From Eledone cirrhosa (Eukaryota): a stretch of 64,000 nucleotides of DNA. The translations under genes were made by a program, and so were the position numbers. The DNA lies in NCBI GenBank assembly GCA_964016885.1, contig OZ024752.1:23684001-23748000 (forward strand), in the 5' to 3' direction. Every line of letters starts with the position of its first letter. Positions within the stretch are counted from its first letter, which is position 1. Below, piece after piece: positions 13,341 to 25,712 of this stretch. A model generated the notes under the pieces. The model worked only from the letters and a program-made list of their open reading frames with translations, had not been told where the DNA came from and made no database searches.

Positions 13341-14660
13341 TGTAGGAGATGAGTTTTATTGTAGTACAATAAAGCAATGCAGATATCGGATAAGAAGCAC
13401 TCTACAGTTTGTAGGACTGGAGTATACATAATATATAAGATCAAAAGATGGTTAAAAGAGTTCCATGTATTTTATTATGCGCATTTCAAAAACAAATATC
13501 ATCATGCAATAATATTTGTGTTTTCTCTCTGCTTGCATAAATTCCACAGAACATTCCACAAAGTATACACCTAATATCCAATACTTTATCAATTTAGAAT
13601 CCTTTTCTCAAAGGCACACATATATATATATATACTTCTTTAAAAATATACCCATCTTTCTACCTTATTTCAAAGTTATTTATTATACATTATATAATAC
13701 TTGTTACTCATTCTATATCACTCCTATTTATCACTTCCCTTTCTTCCTTTTCCTTTTCTTTTCTTTTCTTTTTCTTTTAATTTCTAACCCTTAATCTGTA
13801 CCTTTTCTCACTGTGCCTAACATAGAAACAATTATTACACAATACAATATATTCTTACCTTATATCACCTTGAAAAAATCCTTCGTAAACATAAACACAT
13901 TTTTTTGACGTTAGATTATTCATCCTCAATTCATTATTTTTTCTCCCTTTCATCTAACTTATTCATGCTCATCTCACAATATATCCTTACTTACATTACT
14001 TTTGTTTTTTTTAATAATACATATCGACATTTTCTTTCCATCGCACATATTATTAAACCCTTAAATATTATTCTTAATACATATTAACATTTTCTTTCCA
14101 TCGCACATATTATTAAACCCTTAAATATTATTCTTAATACATATTAACATTTTCTTTTCATCGCACATATTATTAAACCCTTCAATATACAAACCTTAAC
14201 TTTACATTATTTTTCTCTTCGTTAATTTTCAAATTCTTTTAATTTATACATTATCTTCCAACGGTTTTTCAACCTCTCTATGTAAAACAATATATTTTTC
14301 TCAGTTATAAAAGCTATCTCTCTCTCTCTCTATCACCCATCTCTCCTCCTATCTCATCCTTCCTCATTATACTCCTCCCCCTCCACTTTTTACTCTCATC
14401 TCCTCCTCTTTTTCATCCTTTCTAAACTCCCCCACCCCCCTCAAAAATTTTTTTTCCAATATCACACATCAATCTAAAAGTACTTTTCATATGTTGATTC
14501 AAAACTGCACTATTCACAAGTGTTTTTTAACCTTCATATCATGTCTTCCTATTTTATCTGATGAAAACACAAATATTATTGCATGATGGTATTTGTTTTT
14601 GAAATGCGCATAATAAAATACATGGAACACTTTTAACCATCTTTTGATCTTATATATTAT
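13341..14660. mobile_element. Non-coding family A element with inverted ends
   Basis: 13434-13525 is inverted relative to 14562-14655. The left arm is cut within the HHR core and the right arm has an intact HHR. A 60-bp tandem repeat lies inside at 14027-14185. Confidence 0.75.
14551..14619 (+). ncRNA. Hammerhead ribozyme type I (family A)
   Basis: ATTTTAT CTGATGA AAACACAAATAT...GTATTTGTTTTT GAAA TGCGCA TA ATAAAAT. Confidence 0.85.
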
Positions 14661-14701
14661 ATATACATATATATATATATATATATACATATATATACAT
14701 T

Positions 14702-14931
<230 letters not shown>

Positions 14932-17300
14932 AAAGTTAAACAAGGTTCAATGAATACATCAAAGAATGAGTTTTACAATAGTTTGGAAGCACTCAACAGA
15001 AAAGGTTTTCCAGAGTTATTAATATTAATTCAAAATATTAACAACATTTAAATCGAGATTTGCGAATCACAAATGCTCATTTTCGAATTTTAATAGGAAG
15101 TCTTCGACTTTTTTATCACAACTTATATGGTCATTAAAAGACACAAATTTAAAATACTCGATCTTTTGGACGAAGCTTTGTAATAGTAAAATATATACGA
15201 ACTCATCTATATCAACTAACTGCAACCTCTGCACAAAGGGGACCCTATTAATAATTACTAATTATGAAAACTTAATTAACAAAAAAAGTGAATTATTCTC
15301 AAACAGCCTTCATAAAGCTTTGTCTACATTCCAAGCCTCGCAAAAAGTCACGAAAAAACACTAAACAATCAGGCCTTCATTTTTGACGTCTCTTATCAAC
15401 TGTTGGGCCTAAAAAGTCATAACGGTTTATAAAACTTTAATAATGCTTTATCTTCTAATCATTTATGATAGAATTAATGTTAGAATTAAGGATACTCTTT
15501 TGATAACTTGTTTAATTGATAAATATGCATACTTTATGATTTTTTTAGATATTTATAATTTTGATTCAGATCTTTATTTATCTGTCTCTGTTTTAAATAT
15601 ATAATTTGTATATTTAGCTTGTAAATTTACTGATTATAATTGAACTTTAGATCATTCATGCGTTTGCATATTTTACATATTTTACTCATTTTGAGTATGT
15701 TTTGGGGACTCAGAAAGTTAGATTTGCATTTATTTATTTTTTATATATATCGAGGTATAAATATAACAAACCATAATAGTCGACAAATATTGGTCTCTCT
15801 CTCCACTGAACTGGAGGTAAAACTACAATTATAGCATTACTAATAATGATTATAATTATTTATTTATTAAATGTATACCGTTTCATTAATACCTATAATA
15901 ATATCTCTATATAGTTGTACAAATATCTTTATCTAGTGTAATAACATACTCGTAGTTACATTTATAAATAATTTAGACACTCAAATGACTCTATATTGTT
16001 ATAAGTGTTTGATATTCCCTGGAAGTTCGAAATTATATAATGATTTTTACTTAATATAATATAATTTATTTTAATTTAATTTATTTTAATTAAATTTAGA
16101 TTACCATCGGCTTTTTCAAATATTTAGCTCCTCTTTCTATCACATTCGCTAAAATATTTTAGATATATCTTTTGTCTACTATATTAAAACCCTATTACAT
16201 TTATAATATATTTTTAATATTGGGCATCTTTAAGTTTCGCAAACAATTCATTATCTTTTATTTGTATATTTATTCTGTATCTAGCCCCTATCATTAGGAC
16301 TCATGTAGTTTTGACTTATATGTTTATAGTATATATCAACTAAATGATAATAATTTGTATAAAACATTAATTTTTTAACAATATTTTTTAACAATATTTT
16401 TTAACTATATATATTTTTTAAACAATATTTTCAGTAACTTATAATACAATAATACAATATAGTAAATATTATATATATTTGAAAGGTATCACCTCAATTA
16501 TAAACAAATAGTAAACTATAATCCTTGTATATTTTTTTATCAACAAATATATGTAATTAAAAATTCAGAATTCTTTAAGTTTAGTTATAAGGCCGGTTGA
16601 TCCTTTAGGCACTCAAACTATTTAACCATAAATTCTTTAATAATTATAACTATAATTATTTTATAAATTATATTATATAAACTGTTGTCAATATTATAAA
16701 TAAGTTTGGTAAAGATTACCTTCGTGAAGGTATAAAAGCATTATATATTTTCTTTCTCGTGTTTCGTAAATCCTTTAAATTTGTTTTCATAAAATTTGAA
16801 TTTTAGAAATTAAACATAATCACAATATAAATATCTATTAACTTTTAAAACCTAACATATTATTCATTACTCTGAAATAACTTATATTAAATATTTTGAA
16901 TATTAACGGCCAACTATATTAATTTGGATATATGTTGCATATATGGAAAATTGTCTATAAACTTGAACATAAGTTACTGCCCTTTGTCTCTCTCTCTTTA
17001 ATCATCTTTCATTTGTTTTTTCTAGCCACCTACTAAATATATTATCACATCAGCTGTTTCTTCCTCTATGCATTCCTTTCCCTCCTCTTTCTTCAGTAGT
17101 TTTAAAAAAAAGTGTTTAACTGTTATATTGATGCCATGAATATTTTTTAGCTGTATTACACGCACCCTCTCTATTGTTTGTATTATGTTATCTCATGTTC
17201 TCAATATTAGGGTGTAAATATTGAGTTTTGTCATATGTTAATCACTACCATGACTGAATCTTAATCATCTACTATGTCAGGGTATGTCATGCATCATCTT

Positions 17301-17365
17301 ATTTTATCTGATGAGGACGTACTGTTGAACTTAACTCAGTACCTCTGAAATATGTATAATAAAAT
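17301..17365 (+). ncRNA. Hammerhead ribozyme type I (family H)
   Basis: ATTTTAT CTGATGA GGACGTACTG...CAGTACCTCT GAAA TATGTA TA ATAAAAT. Confidence 0.8.
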
Positions 17366-17448
17366 ATACATGATCACAGGAATATCTATTTTGTTAATAT
17401 TTTGAATTAATATATATATATAGATATATATATATACACACTCACACA

Positions 17449-17623
17449 TTGGCAGTATCGGTAGAGGGTCGGATCCATGCTTTGACGCATAGAGTTACGG
17501 CCCTTGCCATTCTGGGTTCAAATCCCGCCGAGGTTAACTTTGCCTTTCATCCTTATGGAGCCGATAAAATAAAGTACCAGTAATACACTGGGTAATTGCT
17601 GGCCTTGTGCCAAAAGTAGAAAC

Positions 17624-17626
<3 letters not shown>
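17449..17626 (+). mobile_element. tRNA-derived SINE
   Basis: Same family as 7175-7357, with B box GGTTCAAATCCC. Confidence 0.75.
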
Positions 17627-17660
<34 letters not shown>

Positions 17661-17880
17661 AAAGTTCTATTTAAATTGTTAGAATACAACAAACAAATAT
17701 TTTTATAACTGATATAAAGCACTCAACAAATATTTGGAGTAAAAATACGAGTAAAAATACGAAATGGAATTCTTTAAGATCTCTTCTTCTCTAAAAAAAA
17801 ACACGATATTAACAAATGGAAACTATATTTATAGTATATATATATTCATCGTATATATATATATATATATATATTATGTG

Positions 17881-17911
<31 letters not shown>

Positions 17912-17964
17912 TATGTGTATATATATATATATACATATACATTATATATATATATATATACATA

Positions 17965-18652
17965 AAAACCGGTTTGTCTGTGTGTTTACATACAGAATAG
18001 CTGAACACTCACAGTAAAGTGTCCAGTGAAGAACTCGGTACATCTACATATGTACACGTGTGTGTATGCATACTAGTATTTCAGTATACATATGTGGATG
18101 TACATTTTTAACTTAATTGTTTAAGCGTCAGTCATACAAAAGTGAGTTACAAACGAAACGAAATTTAATTTCGTTCCGTTATTTGTTTTTATCGTCTCCG
18201 CTGAACCGGTACGTACTCACGCTCTATGCAAATTGGTCTGCACACTACTAATTTTCATAGAAAAAGCATATAACGATATGTGCTTTTACGATTCTCTAGA
18301 AAGGCCGGATGATAGGTAAATATTGCTGATGAGATGTAACAACATCGAAACTAGTCCAATATTCCTGTCTGGCTTTCTGGAGAATAGAGGAAAGGTGTTT
18401 CCTCGAAAACCAGTATGACTCTAAAAACCGGTTTGTCTGTGTGTTTACATACAGAATAGCTGAACACTCACAGTAAAGTGTCCAGTGAAAAACTCGGTAC
18501 ATCTACATATGTACACGTGTGTGTATTCATATGCATACTAGTATTTCAGTATACATATGTGGATGTACATTTTTAACTTAATTGTTTAAGCGTCAGTCAT
18601 ACAAAAGTGAGTTACAAACGAAACGAAATTTAATTTCGTTCCGTTATTTGTT
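17965..18652 (+). mobile_element. Retrozyme-like 1.5-mer: about 225-bp direct repeats, about 458-bp period, central HHR
   Basis: AAAAACCGGTTTGTCTGTGTG...CCGTTATTTGTTTTTAT at about 17965-18192 and 18423-18657. It is non-coding and has (TA)n flanks. Confidence 0.75.
18319..18363 (+). ncRNA. Minimal type I hammerhead ribozyme, fully canonical
   Basis: AATATTG CTGATGA GATGT-AACA-ACATC GAAA CTAG TC CAATATT has a 7-bp stem I, 5-bp stem II, palindromic stem III and GUC site. Confidence 0.95.
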
Positions 18653-18702
18653 TTTATATACATTATATATATATATGTATATATATATGCATTATATATA
18701 TA

Positions 18703-18766
<64 letters not shown>

Positions 18767-18797
18767 AGATCAAAAGATGGTTAAAAGAGTTCGATGT

Positions 18798-18866
18798 ATT
18801 TTATTATGCGCATTTCAAAAACAAATATCATCGTGAGATGACATTTGCGTTTTCGTCAGATAAAAT
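18798..18866 (-). ncRNA. Hammerhead ribozyme type I (family A)
   Basis: Minus strand: ATTTTAT CTGACGA ... GAAA TGCGCA TA ATAAAAT. Confidence 0.85.
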
Positions 18867-18985
18867 AGGGATACATGATATGAAGTTTAAAAAACACTTG
18901 TGAATGTGCAGTTTTAAATCAACATGTGTTGATTTAAAACTGTACTATTCACAAGTGATTTTTAACCTTCATATCATGAATCCCT

Positions 18986-19054
18986 ATTTTATCTGACGAA
19001 AACGCAAATGTCATCTCATGATGATATTTGTTTTTGAAATGCGCATAATAAAAT
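18986..19054 (+). ncRNA. Hammerhead ribozyme type I (family A)
   Basis: ATTTTAT CTGACGA AAACGCAAATGTCAT...ATGATATTTGTTTTT GAAA TGCGCA TA ATAAAAT. Confidence 0.85.
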
Positions 19055-19179
19055 ACATGGAACTCTTTTAACCATCTTTTGATCTTATATTATTTATACT
19101 CCAGTCCTACAAACTGTAGAGTGCTACTTATACGATATCTGCATTGCTTTATTGTACTACAATAAAACTCACCTCCTAC

Positions 19180-19270
<91 letters not shown>

Positions 19271-19326
19271 TATATATATATATATATATAGAAGGATTTA
19301 AATGGATACAGTTCAGTAAAAGGAAT

Positions 19327-19447
19327 TTATTGACACGTGTTTCAATAACAATTATATAACCTGAAAACAGCTGCTATCTACAAAGTATTAATTTTGCAGA
19401 CACTCAATATTTCAATGTTATTTTCAACTATCATTTCATCAGAATAA
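19327..19447 (-). ncRNA. Hammerhead ribozyme with long stem II insert
   Basis: Inverted copy of 19707-19827. Confidence 0.75.
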
Positions 19448-19706
19448 TCTCATTGAGAACTTGTTTGGATTTGATAGAGAATATTAAGAGGGAGGAGTGA
19501 AGTTGTTAGAAGAATAGTTAAGGGAGTGGATAGAATTTTTTTATAGCAGTGGGTAATTAGATTCCCATCTGTTGTTTTGACATTTTTATAGAATACATTA
19601 TTTGGCGTTGGTTATTTTTCTAAATCTATAGAAGTATTAGAGATAGTAAAGATATGCATGGTTGGTTTTGTGTTTGCACTTAATTAACATACAGACTTGA
19701 ATGAGA

Positions 19707-19827
19707 TTATTCTGATGAAATGATAGTTGAAAATAACATTGAAATATTGAGCGTCTGCAAAATTAATACTTTGTAGATAGCAGCTGTTTTCAGGTTATAT
19801 AACTGTTATTGAAACACGTGTCAATAA
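19707..19827 (+). ncRNA. Hammerhead ribozyme with long stem II insert
   Basis: TTATT CTGATGA AATGATAGTT [about 70 nt] AACTGTTATT GAAA CACGTG TC AATAA. Confidence 0.8.
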
Positions 19828-20097
19828 ATTCCTTTTACTGAACTGTATCCATTTAAATCCTTCTATTTTCTCCGGATTACTTTTGAAACTACAACTGCAA
19901 ACCCTACGTGAGCTGTCCATCTACTGTGTGTAATATTCATATTACAACACTACGGAAAATACTGTATATATATATATATATATGTCGGAGGTGAGTTTTA
20001 TTGTAGCACAATAAAGCAATGCAAATATCGGTTAAGTAGCACTCAACAGTTTATTGGACTGAGAACAAATTAAAAGATGGTTAGAAAAGTTCCATGT

Positions 20098-20166
20098 ATT
20101 TTATTATGCGCATTTCAAAAACAAATATCATCCAGGGACGATATTTGCGTTCTCATCAGATAAAAT
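20098..20166 (-). ncRNA. Hammerhead ribozyme type I (family A)
   Basis: Minus strand: ATTTTAT CTGATGA ... GAAA TGCGCA TA ATAAAAT. Confidence 0.85.
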
Positions 20167-20925
20167 AGGGAAACATGATATGAAGCTTAAAAAAGACACT
20201 TGTGAGCAAGGTAGTGTCTAACAACATATGATAAATAAATTTAAAAGGATATAGGAGATTGGAAAAAGGAAAGGAAGGGGAGAAGGGTAAGGAAGATGAA
20301 GAATGGAAAAAGAAAAAAGAAGGAAAGGATAACGGAGGAAGATTATAAGAAGGAGGAAGGCGAGAGAAAGAGAGAGGAGAGAAAGAGAGAGAGATAAACA
20401 TTTAAACTGAGAAACGCTGTCTCACACAGAGAGATGACTGAAAAAAACCGGTTGTAAAATTTATAAATATATTAAATAAATTAATAAGATTTTAAATTTA
20501 AAAGTTAATGAGGTTTATGGGTGATGATGCTTATGATTACAGATATAGAACTTAAGTATACTATTTATTTAGGGTTTAAATAGTGAAAGATTTATTAAGA
20601 AGTGCAAACATTTATTAAAAAGGTATTATTAAGATAAAATAAGGTGAAATAAGATAAGGTGAATGAAAATAAAGTTAGATGATTTAGACGACGATATAGG
20701 GTCCTAGTTTGTTTCAATAGATTGTAATATAAAAAGTAATTATTTAAGTTTAAACAAGCATGGAAAGAGAGAAAAACGAAAAATTACGAGGAAGAAAAAT
20801 ATCACGTCAAAAATTTGTTTACAAAATTCACCTAATGCTAATATTAATAGATTTGAAGTAAAAAATTGGGAGATAAAGCTACTAAATAGTAATGTTGAGA
20901 AATAATGATATAAAAATGAACTATC

Positions 20926-22460
20926 TTGGATAGAATTATCCCACAGGTTCGTTCTAACTGCTCTAATTCTAACTTAAATTTATGGATGGGTACATCTGAT
21001 GTAATAGACTGGTTCAATGACCTGAATTATAAAATCCAACAAAAATTTATTCAGTTTGACATTGCCAGTTACTATTCTTCTATTTCGCCTTCACTCCTCA
21101 ACAAAGATGGAATTTTGCGGTGGAATTTATCGTGACGATGCCCCTTTTACTGTCTTAAACTGTAACTTAGTAAACCTTAATATTATCAAGAATAATATAC
21201 TTGATCTATTTAAGCACCATAACCTAAAAATTGAATTTGAGAACAACGTTAAATTAGATAACTTCCTGGATATATCCCTTAATCTTGACACCGGCCTATA
21301 TTACCCTTACCATAAAGATAATGAGAATCTGAATTATGTTAATTATAAATTAAACCACCCTATTAATGTTAAGAATGCTATAGTCAGAAATGTTGAAAAA
21401 AGAATCTCTAATCTATCTTCTAATAAACATATCTTTGAAGCTAAAGCCAATTATTATCATAATGCGCTTTCCAGAGCTGGTTACCCAAACAGAATTAAAT
21501 ACAATAATGAAACCAATCATGGCAGAACCTATAGTAACATAGCTAGTTATAAGCATTCCAATAGCATAAAGAGAAGACCTAGATATATAAATATTATTTG
21601 GTACAACGCTCCTTTTTCTCTTTCTATTATTAGTAGTATTCCTAAACTATTTTTTAGGGCGCTAGCTAATTGCTTCCCTCCTTCACATATTTATAGTAAG
21701 ATCTTTAATAAGCATACAATTAAATTCTCTTATTCCACCACTTCCAACATCTTTAACATTATCTCTAAACATAATACTAAAATTTTAAATAATAAATCAT
21801 ATCCATCCAACCCTGAGCGTCATAGTATTAACAACATTAGGCCCGACGTCAATGTAAACTCTAGGCAAGTCTCCTTAAATACAAATACGACGTCAAACGT
21901 AATTTCGTTGAATGATCCTAATACTAATCTAAATCAGGAAACATTAGCACCTCTTGTAGGTAATTTCTCCAATTCAATTCCTTCTATAAATAACTCTGGG
22001 CCACTTGCAAATAACTATTAATAACATTAATCGTAAATACAATTGCCTTAATAGAACTAAATGTCCTCTTAATAATCACTGTCTCGACAAGAATTTAGTA
22101 TACGAATGTAAGGTGATAACTAGCACCAATTCTTACACCTACTTCGGATCTACATCTACTTCCTTTAAGGCGAGATTATATAACCATTCTTCATCTTTTA
22201 AATACCCACTTAAAACATTGCTCTCTCAGAACTCATCTGGTCCTTAAAAGACAAAAACATTAATTACAAAATTTCTTGGAGAAAAATTTGCAACACTTCT
22301 CTCTATTTTAGTGCTTCCCTATCCAGAACTTGTAATTTATGCCTAGCGGAAAATTTACCATTATCTCTAATTTTAATTCTATAATAAATAGACGCACAAA
22401 TTTATTTTCGCTTTGTATCCATACATCGCTTAGGTCTTTTCACAAAGAATATAGCTAATT
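20926..22460 (+). pseudogene. Penelope-like RT plus GIY-YIG endonuclease, 5'-truncated and frameshifted
   Basis: Motifs FIQFDIASYYSSIS, GGIYRDD, NFLDISLNL, IIWYNAPFS and CPLNNHCLDKNLVYEC...YFGSTSTSFKARLYNH. Confidence 0.9.
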
Positions 22461-23451
22461 TACTCTATAATTAGGATTAAAATCTTTTTCTCACACAAAT
22501 ATATTTCTTTTACACATATACCCCTTTTTCTACCATATTTCAGTGCATTCTACAAAAGTTCATTCATACTATAACATTTTTGGTCCCCTAATTGTATAAT
22601 TTTTTTATTTTCTTTTAATAATTTTTTGTAATTTTTTAAACTTCTAATTCACTATAGAAAATTTCTTCTTGGCGATACAAAATTTTTTCTTTTAAATAGT
22701 TCATCTTTATATCATTTTTTCTCAACATTACTTTTTTGTAGCTTTATTTCCCAATTTTTTACTTCAAGTCTATTAATATTAGCATTAGGTAAACAAATGA
22801 CGTAATGTTTTTTTTCCTCGTATTTTTTCGTTTCTCTCTCTTTCCATGCTTGTATAAACTTAAATAATTACTTTTTATATTACAATCTATTGAAACAAAC
22901 TAGGACCCTATATCGACTTCTAAATCATCTAACTTTATTTTCATTCACCTTATCTTATTTCACCTTATTTTATCTTAATAATACCTTTTTAATAAATGTT
23001 TGCACTTCTTAATAAATCTTTCACTATTTAAACCCTAAATAAATATTATACTTAATTTCTATATCTGTAATCAGAGCATCATCATCCATAAACCTCATTA
23101 ACTTTTAAATTTAAAATCTTATTAATTTATTTAATTTATTTAATTTATTATAAATTTTACAACCGTTTTTTTTTCAGTCATCTCTTTGTGTGAGACAGCG
23201 TTTCTCAGTTTAAATGTTTATCTCTCTCTCTGTTCTCTCCTCTCTCTTTCTATCTCTTTCCTCCTTCTTATAATCTTCCTCCGTTATCCTTTCCTTCTTT
23301 TTTTCTTTTTCCTTTCTTCATCTTCCTTACCCTTCTCCCCTTCCTTTTCTTTTTCCAATCTCCTATATCCTTTTAAATTTATTTATCATATGTTGTTTAG
23401 ACACTACCTTGCTCACAAGTGTCTTTTTTAAGCTTCATATCATGTCTCCGT

Positions 23452-23520
23452 GTTTTATCTGATAAGAACGCAAATATCGTCCCTGGATGATATTTGCTTT
23501 TGAAATGCGCATAATAAAAT
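23452..23520 (+). ncRNA. Hammerhead motif (family A), G8A mutant
   Basis: GTTTTAT CTGATAA ... GAAA TGCGCA TA ATAAAAT. Confidence 0.7.
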
Positions 23521-23573
23521 ACATGGAACTCTTTTAACCATCTTTTGATCTTATATTATATATATATATATAT

Positions 23574-23778
23574 AGGAACGAGTAGGACCCCGACGGCTGA
23601 GCTCAAGCCGTTTCGACGGCTAATTCTGGACTCAGAATTCTAGTCCAGAATTAGCCGTCGAAACGGCTTGAGCTCAGCCGTCGGGGTCCTACTCGTTCCT
23701 ATTACCCACTCTACTACCCTACGTATTGAGTACTTTGGTGCGTTATGGTCCACCTGTTTCCTTACCACATTTCCTTCG

Positions 23779-23780
<2 letters not shown>
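23574..23780. mobile_element. Fold-back pseudo-LTR fragment (family F)
   Basis: Palindrome 23574-23700 centred near 23637, plus a one-sided extension, in (TA)n. Confidence 0.8.
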
Positions 23781-23833
<53 letters not shown>

Positions 23834-23837
23834 TATA

Positions 23838-24555
23838 TGACCACCACCAACATTGGATTCTACACCTTCGGTCATCTCTCCAACCTTCCACTCCATATCT
23901 TGAAAATATTCAGCAACTCTCCACACATCTGACGGAACTACCTCAGGACCTTACCCACGAACATACACTCACACATTATTTTCGCACCACGCCACCCACA
24001 TCCACACCACATATAAACACAAACACACACGTGCGTACCCCCACATATACACAACCTCCAGAATCCACACGCCACCTCCCCCACCCCCTCTCCTTCCACA
24101 CGCACGTCACACCGACTTACACCCCACCCCACGCACACACCTTTTCCTGAACATGGAACCTCGTTTTTCCTCAAACTCTCACATACACACGCACACACAC
24201 TCATGTACACCTACACAGATACACAAACACCACCATCAGCCTTCCTCGCTTCGACCCCCGCCTCCCTCTCCCAACTCCACCCGCCACCACCCTTACACGC
24301 CTCACACCCTTCCACCACTTGTTCATCTTATTGTTTATTCTTATGTTTATTTTTACGTTTATTTTTATTTTTATTTGTTCTCCTTCCCCCTTTTTTCTAA
24401 ATGTATTTCCACACACCCTCTGAACTCTCTTCCTAACCTATTTACTCCTGAAGAAGGGCTTATGCCCGAAACGTCCCCCCTCCCACTCTCAAAAGCGTGA
24501 ACCTAATAAACCTTTATTTGTCTGCCTCTCTGTTTTGTTCCCGTATAAATTTGCA
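23838..24555 (+). mobile_element. 3' remnant of a Penelope-like element with a minimal HHR core
   Basis: QHWILHLRSSLQP resembles a GIY-YIG C-terminus. CTGAAGA AGGGC-TTAT-GCCC GAAA CG TC lies at 24448-24475, but stem I is not evident. Confidence 0.55.
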
Positions 24556-24556
24556 C

Positions 24557-24800
24557 TATATATATATATAAAACTGAAGATGTCTGTCTGTGTGTGTGTA
24601 TGATTTTTATGCATTTCCACATTTCTCTACCAATTTTGATTATTTTTTTTCCACTGTGCTCCAAATTTACCAAGGATGTTTACCGCGTAATAAACTTTGC
24701 CAAACATTTTCTGCTTCTATGAAAATAATCGATAAAACTAAATATATGCTGTAACCCTCTCTCTTACACGCTTATTCACTCTCACTACTACCCTAAAAAA
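24557..24800 (+). mobile_element. Helitron 5'-end fragment
   Basis: TATATATAAAACTGAAGATGTCTGTCTG...ATGCATTTCCACATTT matches the minus-strand start at 3718. Confidence 0.55.
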
Positions 24801-25116
24801 TCTATGAAACTACATACATGTTGCAACTCTCTCTATATATATATATGTCACACACACACATATACATATACATCTAAAGAGAGAAAGGGAGATGTAGAGA
24901 AAGAGAGTGAGATAGGTCGTCGTACAGAGAGAGAGGTACAAGATAATCAGATATAGAGACATGTATATATAAAGACAGAAAGAGAGAGAGAGAGATCTGC
25001 GCGTTCTTTATTGTTCTCCATTCTGTAGAGGAAGAGAGAGAGAGGTATGAGTGAGAGAGACAGAGAGAGAGAGAGGATGGCATGATAAAAAGGGAGAGGG
25101 GTTGAGAAAGAAAGAA

Positions 25117-25640
25117 AGTTTAAGCAAAGAATCGTTGCTTTCAACATTAACGGGAACTTCTGAAACTAAAACATTCAATCTGTGAACGCAGAATTAAATA
25201 TTTCGAAAAACGTTGCAACCGATGGAAAACAGGAAGACGATATTTTGGTTCGTGAAGACGTTCCCTGGTAATAAACGGAAAAAAAGCAAAGATAATACGT
25301 CGTTATGTGGACCGAGAAGAACAATTTCATGCAAAGACAACACCAAGTTTATGGTGTAAATGGAGTCGTTAGACTAATATTCTATTTAAAATAACCGAAT
25401 GATTTCCAGCCCCGGATTTTAAGAATGATGTAAATAAAATTGTAAACGAAAATGACAGAGGTTATTAAAATAGTTGTTTCTACTTTTGGCACAAGGCCAG
25501 CAATTACCAGTACATTACTGGTACTTTATTTTATCGACCCCGTAAGGATGAAAGGCAAAGTTAACTTCGACGGGATTTTAACTTTAGTCCAGTGTATACG
25601 TATGCGCCGACGGACATACACATACATATACATACGCACA
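25117..25640 (-). repeat. Solo Penelope pseudo-LTR family E with a degenerate HHR (25117-25167), interrupted by a SINE fragment (25473-25580)
   Basis: Similar to 53045-53460 and 6050-6440. The SINE 3' half is in reverse orientation. Confidence 0.7.
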
Positions 25641-25712
25641 CACAAATATATACATATGCACACACAAATACATACACACACAATCGTCTATGTGACGGGA
25701 TAGCCATATATA

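Larger units (their letters stand above)
18762..19180. mobile_element. Family A fold-back palindrome with an HHR on each strand
   Basis: About 160-bp arms centred near 18926, with a 90-bp extension on the right arm only. Confidence 0.9.
19288..19965. mobile_element. Inverted-arm element (family I) with an HHR in each arm
   Basis: 19288-19454 is inverted relative to 19700-19866, with a spacer of about 245 bp and a right-side extension of about 100 bp. Confidence 0.85.
19984..23560 (+). mobile_element. Penelope-like retroelement (family A) with about 850-bp inverted pseudo-LTRs
   Basis: 20072-20925 is inverted relative to 22696-23546 and encloses an RT/GIY-YIG remnant. Each arm has an HHR and both flanks are (TA)n. 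Confidence 0.9.
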
